DNA of 64,000 nucleotides from Guillardia theta CCMP2712 (taxonomy: Eukaryota > Protista > Cryptophyta): positions 126,760 to 190,759 of the forward strand of contig NW_005434673.1 in the NCBI RefSeq assembly GCF_000315625.1. The letters run 5' to 3'. The stretch's first letter is position 1. Each line of letters begins with the position of its first letter. Shown here one piece after another: positions 48,480-58,399 of the stretch. The notes under the pieces are model-generated. The model worked only from the letters and a program-made list of their open reading frames with translations. It had not been told where the DNA came from and searched no databases. A program made the position numbers and the translations under genes.

Positions 48480-50408
48480 TCAAGGCCGTTTCAGAAAATC
48501 TGGTCGTGCTGGTAGAGACATGTAGCACAATAGAATATTCATAGCAGCATTGACATCACGAGACTTGATACGGTTTTGAACACAATTGGTGGATCTGCAC
48601 CATTTCAAACCCCGCACCACTGACACTTCGTCAGCAAGTATACCATTCTTGTTGATTTGTTTGCGTCTCAAATCATACAATTCTTGATGACATTGATTGC
48701 AACATTTTGTCGTTCTGTATTCATCAACTGCCGTCACCTCGAAGAAGTTCTGACATCGCCTTTTGATCCATTTTACAGGCACTGACTTCTCTCCACGCCC
48801 AGTACAACCGAATGATGCATCACCGTATGCAATTATTGGATTTTGATCTGTCCCATTAAATTTCATCTTCTTGAAGAACGTATCAATCGCCTTGTGTTTG
48901 TGGATGTAGTTATCCATCTTCAGGCGTGCGAACTTGTTTTGACAATTGTGTTCGAACAGGATCTCGCTTAGTCTCACCACGGTGTCGATGTATCTTTCAA
49001 AGTGATCCAACCGAGACGTTTTTGCTGACACTCTTGCAATATCGTTTGATTCTTCTGTTATGCCTTGTCTCCATTTTTCTAACTTGGCGTTATTCCGAGT
49101 AATATGAGACTCATGATAGTACTGCCTTCGAGTATATCGATACTGCTTTGGTTTTTCTTGACCAGGTATTTGCTCGACACCGCATATCAGTACATTGCGA
49201 CCAGGATCGATTGCAATAACTCGTCTTGATGACACATCACAATCTCTTGTTTTGCTTTTCTTTGTAGTAGTATTGTCTGTCTCATTGTGTATTCTCTTCT
49301 TGAACGTCACACAGAGTGCGACTCCGTCAGTCTGTATGCTATCAACTGTCCCTTTCTTTCTCAAATTTGATTGTAGCTTCAACACCGACAAGAATCGCTT
49401 ATGTTTTTGTTGTATGAACTTTTTCATGCATTTGCTTTTCCCACCCTTTGAATATTGCAACAGACCAGATTGATCCATAATGTAGAATAAACCCCAAATG
49501 TCTACGCGAATAAATTGTTTGCGTATCTGAAAAATCGGAGCGATCGTGTATCGATCAGATATATCATGAATCTCCAAAAACCTCAGAACCGAAAAATGGT
49601 ACTTGACAAGATTTGGCATGTGTAATTGCATCCATTTTTGCTGTTCAGGGTTTTTCTTGATTTTGTCACGGGCCCATGACAAGTTATAATGATTGTCCCA
49701 TCCAATGATCTCTTTTTGTTCCCTTATGAAATCAATGACATCCTGTCTTTCGAGAACACGAGTTTTTGGTGGAAAGCTCCATCCGTTTACTGTATTCCGT
49801 ATATCCTGTATCTCCTTTTCTGAAGAAATCCCATTGAGCTTTCCCCATTCCTTTATGTATCTAGTCTGTTTTTGTCCCATCGTATAGAATATGTAATTTT
49901 GGAAATTTGTTGCATATTGATCAGCAGAATAGTACAGTACTCGAATATCCCCTTCTTTCCTGCGTTGTATTGGTAGATACTTGTTCCCTTTTTCTTGCCA
50001 AAACTCGTCTAAAATATCAAACTGAATTGCATTACCTCTGCGTTTTTCACCCATCAGAAAACAGGTCCGAAAGAAAACTTTCTCTCCACCATTGGTCTTG
50101 ACCGTTTCTTCTTGCATCCCTTCTTCTTTTTCTTTGTCTGTTACTTTTCTAGTACGATTGTATATCTGATCAAACAGCCTTGTAATGTACGTATCATCAC
50201 CTTGCATTGAATCCTTCTCAAAACACCATAACAATAGATGATTGAAGATGATGCTACCTCGATGGCTTATTTTGCTTATGTGTTTCACCCAATCATCAAT
50301 CACACCGATCATTGTGTGATGTTTGAGATGTTTTTTCAAACACATCTTGACAGTCGTCTGTGAATCAGAACAAGACTTTCTTTGTTTTCCTCTTTTCCTT
50401 TTCCCCAT
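48480..50408 (-). CDS. Fanzor1 (eukaryotic TnpB/OMEGA RNA-guided RuvC endonuclease), 642 aa, intact
   Basis: RuvC-I VIAIDPGR (D codon 49206-49208), YGDASF, rearranged RuvC-II VDEYRTT (E 48720-48722), Zn finger CNQC...CRSTNC, RuvC-III SRDVNAAMNI (D 48555-48557). Also SIQTDGV upstream of RuvC-I, a basic N-terminus, and an intronless AT-rich ORF. Confidence 0.93.
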   Translation of the reverse strand: MGKRKRGKQRKSCSDSQTTVKMCLKKHLKHHTMIGVIDDWVKHISKISHRGSIIFNHLLLWCFEKDSMQGDDTYITRLFDQIYNRTRKVTDKEKEEGMQEETVKTNGGEKVFFRTCFLMGEKRRGNAIQFDILDEFWQEKGNKYLPIQRRKEGDIRVLYYSADQYATNFQNYIFYTMGQKQTRYIKEWGKLNGISSEKEIQDIRNTVNGWSFPPKTRVLERQDVIDFIREQKEIIGWDNHYNLSWARDKIKKNPEQQKWMQLHMPNLVKYHFSVLRFLEIHDISDRYTIAPIFQIRKQFIRVDIWGLFYIMDQSGLLQYSKGGKSKCMKKFIQQKHKRFLSVLKLQSNLRKKGTVDSIQTDGVALCVTFKKRIHNETDNTTTKKSKTRDCDVSSRRVIAIDPGRNVLICGVEQIPGQEKPKQYRYTRRQYYHESHITRNNAKLEKWRQGITEESNDIARVSAKTSRLDHFERYIDTVVRLSEILFEHNCQNKFARLKMDNYIHKHKAIDTFFKKMKFNGTDQNPIIAYGDASFGCTGRGEKSVPVKWIKRRCQNFFEVTAVDEYRTTKCCNQCHQELYDLRRKQINKNGILADEVSVVRGLKWCRSTNCVQNRIKSRDVNAAMNILLCYMSLPARPDFLKRP

Positions 50409-50550
50409 ATTTGATCAGGGTGAACGCGGGAGCTTCGGAAGGCGGGAATGAGGGAGGGAGGGAGGGAGGGCGGGAAGAAGGGAGTGATGGAAGGCGGGAG
50501 GGAGGATGGGAGGGAGGGAGAGAAGGCGGGAGGGCGGGGAAATCTTTACA

Positions 50551-50733
50551 GAGCCACAAACCTGGTACCCACCCCTACTCAAGTTCGACAGATAAACAAA
50601 CGGGTAGTTAGACTTCGGATGAAGGCGGGAAGGCGGGAAGGCGGGAAATATTCGAAGTTTGTTGAGCCACAAACCTGGTACCCACCCCTACTTCTACTTT
50701 GATAGATAAACAGACGGGTGTTTAGACTTCGGA
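50551..50733. repeat. Two imperfect ~69-bp direct repeats upstream of Fanzor
   Basis: GAGCCACAAACCTGGTACCCACCCCTACT...GATAAACA.ACGGGT..TTAGACTTCGGA at 50551-50619 and 50664-50733. Confidence 0.9.
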
Positions 50734-51170
50734 AGAATTGATTTGTACCGGTGGATTTGCAGGGATGTTCTTTTTTTTTAATCACAACATTCTATATTCT
50801 CGTTGCTCCTTTGTTGTTTTACCGTTCGGGGTTTGCACCACACCGCGATTTCGACTTTTTTTTTGAGATTCTAATTTTTGGGTCACCATTGGTCATAGTG
50901 TGTCACTTAACCACTATGTAAAACGTCACAACCCTACCCGGTCTCCACAATGCTAGGGAAGATTGAGGGTAGGGTCTGATTGTATGAGAGGCCATCGGCA
51001 TGAATGTTAGTACCAATTAAATCAATATGTATGGTACATATATTATTTTAAAATATCTCTATCAATTAAAGTACAATTTGTGATGTGGTACAAAGGGTTA
51101 TACTCTGTAAATGATAAAACATTTAATAAAACTTGCTTGCAAAATAATAATATGAATAATTATTTATACA

Positions 51171-51196
51171 ATATATATATATATATATATATATAT
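51171..51196. repeat. (AT)n microsatellite in an AT-rich spacer
   Basis: Seen directly. Confidence 0.95.
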
Positions 51197-51291
51197 TCCT
51201 AAAAATTGGCAATCAATCTGATCAGGAACAAACATAAAAATAATATGTTTTTGGAGTACATAATTTAAAAACAAATATTTCTCGAAAATAC

Positions 51292-52194
51292 TTGTACGTT
51301 TTTAAAAATTCCAACCCAGTGCCCATGCCCCACTCTTCCCAGCCAGTGGAGGCGATGGCGGTAGCGGCTGGAGATGCAGCTGATCCTCTTCCTCCTCCCG
51401 AGGACTCAGTATGCGACGATGTGAATCCGAAGAAGAAGGCACGGCTGAGGACCATAGGGACGGGCAAGGGTAGGAAGATGTTCAGGCCTCAGGAGCTGGA
51501 TGTCCTGGCAAACGTCGTACACGAGGTCCGGCCGCTGCTGGCCATTCACTGGGACCGTGTTGGGGATGTGTACAACTCCCATCCCTCCATATGCTTTCCT
51601 AGGGATGCACATTCGCTCAGGACCAAGTACATCTCAGTGCTGAGGGACGCGAAGAAGGGTGTCGAGGACGACGAAGCGAAGTCGGCAGTGTACGAGAAGT
51701 TTCTTGCAGCTGAGAAGGCCATTGAAGCGCGAGCAGCTGCAGGTGATATCCGAGACTTGCAGGACGATGATAGCGCCCTCGATAAGGAGCATGCTAGAGC
51801 TTCCGCCGCAATTAAGGGCTGCATGAAGAGTGATGCAGAGGGCGTTTGGGCCATCCTTCAAGCGATCAAGGCCGAGCGGGAAACATGGAAAATTCTTGAC
51901 GAAGCCAGGGAGGAAGAAAGGAAAAAGAGGGAAGATGCAAGGGAGGAAGAGCGCAAGAAGAGAGAGGAGGAAAGGGAGGCAGAGAGGAGAAGACGAGAGG
52001 ACGAGAGAGAAGAGCTGAGAAAGAAGCGAGAAGAAGAGCGCGAGGCACAGAAAAGAAAAGAGCGTATGATCAGAGATGAGGAACGGAGAAAGGATCGGGA
52101 GCTTGAGAGACAGGAGAGACAAGCTCTCTTGAACGTTATGATGCGTCTGATCGGCGAAGATGCGTCAAAACTGGAGTTTGCTAAGCAGAAATGA
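51292..52194 (+). CDS. Intronless Myb/SANT-like (DUF6818-type) protein with long E/R/K coiled-coil tail (true ATG probably slightly downstream)
   Basis: GRKMFRPQELDVLANVVHEVRPLLAIHWDRVGDVYN...PRDAHSLRTKY three-helix pattern, followed by a charged helical tail. Confidence 0.65.
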   Translation: MYVFKNSNPVPMPHSSQPVEAMAVAAGDAADPLPPPEDSVCDDVNPKKKARLRTIGTGKGRKMFRPQELDVLANVVHEVRPLLAIHWDRVGDVYNSHPSICFPRDAHSLRTKYISVLRDAKKGVEDDEAKSAVYEKFLAAEKAIEARAAAGDIRDLQDDDSALDKEHARASAAIKGCMKSDAEGVWAILQAIKAERETWKILDEAREEERKKREDAREEERKKREEEREAERRRREDEREELRKKREEEREAQKRKERMIRDEERRKDRELERQERQALLNVMMRLIGEDASKLEFAKQK

Positions 52195-52539
52195 TGTTGT
52201 GTACAAATTTTGGGATTCAGAACGATCAAAGCGAGTCAGATTGCGTGAAAGATTAATGCATGATGAATGGAACACCTCATGAAAAATCGTGCAGTGCTAT
52301 TAGAAGTCGACTGAGAGTCATCGGATCTGCCGTGGAAGAACGCTACAGGTTATCACTTAGGAGCTGAGCAGCTTCTACTTGATGGTGCGCATGACTCGAC
52401 GGAGAGGAGTTGTATGAAGGTGCCAGTGACATGATAGAATGCTTCAAGACTTGTGAAAAGAATAATCTTCTTCCTACATTCTAGACCTTACATGAACGTT
52501 AACACATGAACAAAATGCCTTTCTCGATCGACATGTCCA

Positions 52540-53530
52540 TCAGGAATCCTCTAATCCAGACTCTTGCAGACTCTCGTTCTTGATGTAATGTTTCCGGAAG
52601 AACAGCGAGCCGTTGGGTTTGAAATCTTCCCGGAAGGGCCCGCTCCTCGTCATTGTTGTGTACCGCACCCCCCGTGGCGCTGTGAAAGGTTGCTCCACGG
52701 ACTTCAAGACCAACCTTCCATGCCTCACGGACATTGCGGACTTGCTTCTTTTCGGAGATGAGCTGTTATGTTTCTCTGCAGCCTGTTCAGGCGTCTGCTC
52801 ATGCTGCTCAAGTCAGGCAAAGTCAGTAGCACTCGCAAGAAGATCTTGCTAGCTACTCACTTTCTCCTCCCTTCGGTGTAACACGTTGTTGGTCTTTTCC
52901 TTGCTCTCAAGGATCTTCATGGCTAGCGATACCTCGTCAGAAAAGGTAACAAGGTTCTCTCAGCTACCTGAAGCCGTCATCGTGAGGTCCATGAAGGAAG
53001 AGGGTGTCGATTCCTTATCTGTGATTCGAGTTTAGCATAGTAGCGTGCAGACATGCTGCAAACCAAAGAAATCCCTTGCGACTCGGCGATCAGGTCTTAA
53101 CGCAATGGTCTTGGGACGAGAAGCCTTGTGAGGAGATGCGTGTTCTAGAGAATCCATGCTGAACAATCCGCTGCATCAAGCATGAGCAAGCACAGAGAGG
53201 AGGGTGAAGGTTGTAACCAGCTCGATATGCCCGCATTTCGATGGCTCTGAACCACTCCTGATCCCTGGGCTTCAAGAGCGCCAGAGCTCTGAGCTGGTTG
53301 GCAGGGAATGACCCACAACGCATCATCGAGTTCAGATTCCTCACCTGACGAGGAACGAAAGTGATCGCGATTGCTCACAGCGAGAAAATCACTTTCCCTG
53401 ATCAAGACTTAATACTTCTTCGATCCTCCCTCCAGGACTCACTGGACGGAAGCTGAGGGGCTGTTGTCCTTGGGCACTCCCGTCCGCGGATACGAAAACT
53501 TCTTGGGAGTTGGGAGGCATCCCCATGAGC
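52540..53530 (-). CDS. Hypothetical spliced protein
   Basis: Series of short coding-like exons; no family recognised. Confidence 0.3.
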
Positions 53531-55173
53531 TGCAGTGAATCTCTCAGTCAAAGATTCATATGAAGCTCGAACAGTTAATCTGAAAAAAAAACATCCTAGT
53601 CCTCATCATTCCCCTTCTCCCTTCCCCCGCCCCCGCCCGCCCCCGCCCCTACCTTCCCCCTTCCCCTCCATATCGTCTAAATTGCTATCATAATCTTTCA
53701 GCAAATGGATGTAATCCTCGCATCATCCTCACAACATCGACCACACGCTCAACTTCCACATCATGGCATATTCAGTCCTACCTGTACTGAATCGATTCAT
53801 ACCCTTGGGCACCTGCATGCAGCTCGTCAAGATGGTCGAGATCAACCTGTCTGGACCTTGGATGTAGTAAATCGCACGAAAATCCGGAATTTCTGCATAG
53901 CTGGACTGCACACTCACAGCTGAATGCCTCGAGTGCCTGGAGGCTTTTGGGCAAGTTACAACAAACAAGGAGTAGAGTTCGAGAGCATGATGATCGTCAC
54001 AACGTGAATTACCTGTCCTGGGTTCTTCCTGAAATCAGCTTGTCAAGGGATGAACAAAGCAAAACAGACTTGAACCTTTTCAACCATGTCGAAGGATCTA
54101 TCAGGCTCATGCAGCCATCTGCAAACAGACATTTAAGGCATACAAGTCAATTCGTCCTCTTAATGTGGGAATCATTTCCTTTTCAGCCAGTTTTTCCTTT
54201 TCAGCTAATTGTACATTCCATTCTCATAGTTGAACCACCCAAATCACAGATTATGCTACTTCACGGCCGACATCCCCAACAGTCATGGCTCACAGTGAGA
54301 AATGAGGAATGATAGGATGAGATGACATCTCCATCTCCATCATCGTCTCCGTCTCCATCATCACCTCAACATCTTAGCTCCACAACATTTACCATCATTG
54401 CATCGTTCATGACCATCATCTTGTCATCTCCTTCTCGCTCTGTCACACTACTTCCACGCCATTGCGACGGTCAACTGATCGGACAAGAGAGATGCGCCGG
54501 TTGTGAGCGGGGAAGAGGGCAAAAGCTGTCAAAGGATTGCTGTCAAGTTTGAAGTACTAATGATTACCGTGAGTGACTTGAAGGAGTATCGGATGATCAG
54601 TTATCGCGGCCGGGCCGGGCCTAGTGCAATCACGGTGAATGATCGGACAGGCTCCGAGCAGTGCGGTAGTAGTGTGTCAGGGTCAAGCCTCCTGAAAGTT
54701 TACCGTGACGGAGTCTCCTGATTGTCCGTGTACTGATTTTAACTTAACTTTCAGTAAACCTCACATGATTGGGAGGAGCGGGGATGAGGCTGTACTTCCG
54801 AGTAACTCGAAAGGCCCGGCGGCCGCACCCGGATTTCCCGGGGCCTGCCGACTCGGATCCTGGCAGGGTGGTCTGAGCGGGGACGAGGCTCTCATCATGT
54901 TCCTAGCTATTCCAGCCACGAACCATCCCACTACCCACCCATGAACAAAAGCATCTTTCAGCCGTACCCCCGCATCAAAATGTACCCCTGCTTGGAAGAA
55001 GCTTTTCTTCTTAATTTCCCGGGTGTATTCGGTCACATGTGAAAAGAAGTAGGGTGGACATAAGGACCCCTTCATGTGTATACCCCCTGCTTCGTACCCA
55101 CAAACTCTGCCCTCATATGAGGCTCCATCGCTGAAGCTCCTTCTCCTCCTCCTCCTCCTCCTCCTCCTCCTCC

Positions 55174-55240
<67 letters not shown>

Positions 55241-55367
55241 CATCCTCCACATCCTCCACATCCTACTCCTTCTCCTTCTCGTCCTCCTCTATTCCACTCA
55301 GTAATATATTGCTCCTCTTCAAGCTCATCCTGTTTTGATCAACCCCTCTGATCACCTACGCAGAAAG

Positions 55368-55544
55368 ATGCATCGATATGCTGGAAATACACCACCTTAT
55401 TTGCCTTCAGAGGAAGAGGACGAGGAAGAGGAAGAGGAAGAGGGAGAGGAAGAGGGAGAGGAAGAGGAAGAGGAAGAGGAAGAGGAAGAGGAAGAGGAAG
55501 AGGAAGAGGAAGAGGAAGAGGAAGAGGAAGAGGAAGAGGAAGTG

Positions 55545-55580
<36 letters not shown>

Positions 55581-56763
55581 TACGAAGTCAATGTGAATGT
55601 AGTAAGCAAAGATGAAGAAGACAAAGATGAAAGCGATGGAGAGAGCACAGAAGATCCAAGGTGAAGAATCTCAAAAGATAGATTTGATGTGACATCTAAC
55701 AACTGAATGCAGCAAAGTAGTAGATGTTCAAGAAATCAAGAGCAGACTTGGCAACTGCATGGGATGCCAGGACGAGATGTCAAGAGACTCGAAGGGCATT
55801 GTATGCATGCAGGGTCATCTTATCTGCAAAAGCTGCAGCGAAGGGTTCCTTGGAGGCATTTGGGAAAACCCAGGGAAGAACTTGCCACCAAAATGTCCCA
55901 TTTGCTCCATAGAGCTCAATGTTGAGGTACCTGCTCGTGAATTTGTTTGTTGGTGTGATGTTGTTTGCCTGCAGATGGTGGAGAAATGTCTTTCTGCAGA
56001 AAAGAAAGAAGAGTTCCAACATCTCATGCTCGTTCACGTATTTTCATCTCAACTTACATCGGAAGGGGAAAAGATCTTCCGCTGCCCTTTCTGTCCATAC
56101 TTTGAGATTCGAGCTTCTACACATGGAAACATGTTCATTGAGTGCAAGTCTATGAATTGCAAGAGAGTGTCTTGCTCCACTTGCATGCTAGAATGCCCTC
56201 GACTGGAAGATGGATACGAAGAAGACGAGGAGAGTCTGGAAGACATCCAGAAGCATTTCAAGTGTGCCGAGCTCGGTGTACAGAAGGAGCGAGTTGAGAA
56301 AGCCCTGGAGCTTGGAATGAAGGTGTCTTGCCCGTCCTGCGGGGTATCTGGCATGAAGGACCACAACTGTACCCATATGGTCTGTCTCCAGTGCAGGCAG
56401 GTCTGGTGCTACTTTTGCGGCAAGAAGGAGGAGGACGCAAACAAGAGTAGGAGCCAGAGAGGAATTTACGGTCACAATGTTAGCTGGCAGACTAAGATTG
56501 GAACTCGCTGTCCCATGTACCTGAGCCAGCTGTCAGAGACGCATCGGTGGCCTGGTGATGAAGACGAGTGCCTGGCCATGTTTCATAGGATACGAACCGC
56601 GACTTTGCTCAAAAAGGTGATGGACGACTTGGGAGAGGACGTCTGCAAGCAGCTAGACGAGCAGTTTTCTGTGTTCAAAGCAAGTGGGTTTGCACCTCAG
56701 GAAATTGAACAGCTATCGTCAAGCCCACTGAGCTCAATCTTGACACATGGCATCAAAATTTGA
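55368..56763 (+). CDS. RBR (RING1-IBR-RING2) E3 ubiquitin ligase with acidic N-terminus
   Basis: CMGC...CMQGHLICKSC...CPIC; CPFC...C...C..SCSTC; CPSC...KDHNCTHMVCLQCRQVWCYFC. Introns at ~55661-55712 and 55927-55974; the poly-E tract comes from (GAGGAA)n. Confidence 0.85.
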
Positions 56764-57168
56764 TCTCTTCTCAGCCTCCGATTCCAAGAAGTCAATCCTT
56801 GGCGAATAGATTGTCGGTGAAGCTTGTTGGTCTGTGAAGCTATTTGTCTGTGAAGCTTGTTTGTTGATGCCGTTTGTTGATTGTCTATCCTTGTTTTGTC
56901 ATGGAGCATTCAATGCTCTGATGAATGGAGCGGCAATGCTCTATCAGTCTTGATAACTAGCGACTGATCTAATTACACACCGCCAGGACTGGAACTTCAT
57001 TCTGGGCAATCCCTCACTATATGAGGGAGGCTGGCCTGATGCGCTTCTTCTCTCGCCTCAGTTTCAGTGAAGGCCAGTGAAGTTAAGTGAACAATAAAAT
57101 TCAATGTTTGTAGAAAATTATGATGGATCGCATGCTAGCCGCGGCCCGGCAGTCAGATGGTGCCGAGT

Positions 57169-57255
57169 TAACAAAAACCTCCTGTGAACTAACTCGGACG
57201 ACTCTTACGTGTTGTGAGGCGGCACAGGAGGTTTTTGTTACAAATACCTCCTGTC
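57169..57255. repeat. Perfect 18-bp inverted repeat plus a third near copy
   Basis: TAACAAAAACCTCCTGTG (57169-57186) pairs with CACAGGAGGTTTTTGTTA (57223-57240); ACAAATACCTCCTGT follows directly. Confidence 0.9.
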
Positions 57256-58399
57256 AGACGGCGAACATCCTAGCATACTGAGTCCGAGCTATCTCTCCTG
57301 AGTCAGGCTCGGATTGGCTCCTCAATCCTTCCGGCTTTGGGCCGATGTGCCCGGCAGTGTTCACTGAGGCAACTTGACTCGGACTTAGAAAAAACTTCAT
57401 CTTTTACTTTGGCATCGAAAAGCGAGTTTTACTTACAAACTAGGCCTTCCGTCAACTTGATACGATCGGACTACTAGTGACACCCGGTGACCGGAGGCTG
57501 GGCCCGGGGCCGGGCCGGGCCGCCGGGGTGCTGTACAAGTATGAACGAAGTTTGTTCGAAGTTAGTTGAGGGGGTGGGGTGGTTTCAGTACACGGTGGGG
57601 GTGCTGGGTGGGGTGGAGTGAAGGGGTCTTTTTGATGGATCTTTCAAGGGTAGAGGTACCATCAGCTTGAAAAGTGTTGTGAACACGTAACAGGGGTACA
57701 TGATTGAAACCAGGTGATGGTCAGTTCTATGGATGGGGGTAGGGGTGGATAACGGTGGTAGAATCTTCTCAATAATTTGTAGGAAATGAGGGGTTCTTGT
57801 AGAAGAAGAAGGGTGGGGGTGCAGGGTGCAGGGGTGGTGAACGGATGGGGTAGTTTCTCCCGCCCGGCATGTCGGAATACATGGACAGGATACGGCATGC
57901 GATGCGAAGCAGAGAAGAAGAGAGGAGAAGACAGGATGGCTGTAGAGGAAAGAAGAGAGGAGAGAGAGGAGAGAAGAGATGGGGGAGCAGTCAAGAAGAA
58001 AGTAGAGATTCGAAAGATAGCAAGAGACAGGACCAGACTGTGAAAGGGACACACGAAGATGAGCAGGAGAAAGCGAAGAGAGAATGCAAGAAGTCAGGAT
58101 CGACAGAACAACGAAGAGGAGTATGAGGTGAACAGGAGAGAGGTAGAGGACGAGGAGGAAAGATCGAGATAGACACTGTCAGCGATTGGCAGAATTTAGG
58201 GTGCTCGGGGTGGAGCAAGGAACGTACAAGATGAGCTAGCCAGCGAGACAGGATCGCAAGGGATGAGTTGGAAAGACGGAGAAGAAATAAGAAAACGTTG
58301 CATTTGGAAGATTGATCATGAATTTCAAACTCATGGGATGTGATAGGCTCAAGCTGTCAATCGCCAGGGACATGAGCTTACAGTTTCTTGGTGGCAGAA

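Noticed and set aside
48480-50408. Bacterial IS200/IS605 TnpB or Cas12 contamination
   Set aside because: Size, rearranged RuvC-II, basic N-terminus and gap-free eukaryotic flanks fit Fanzor1; no TnpA or CRISPR array is present.
48325-50910. Degenerate terminal inverted repeats around Fanzor (ATTTCGAC...TGTGTC at ~48330-48376 versus ~50848-50905)
   Set aside because: Only short matches in AT-rich low-complexity DNA; cannot be separated from chance without other copies.
46660-53530. A DDE or other transposase flanking Fanzor
   Set aside because: The minus-strand genes at ~46.7-47.8 kb and ~52.5-53.5 kb show no transposase motifs and look like spliced host genes.
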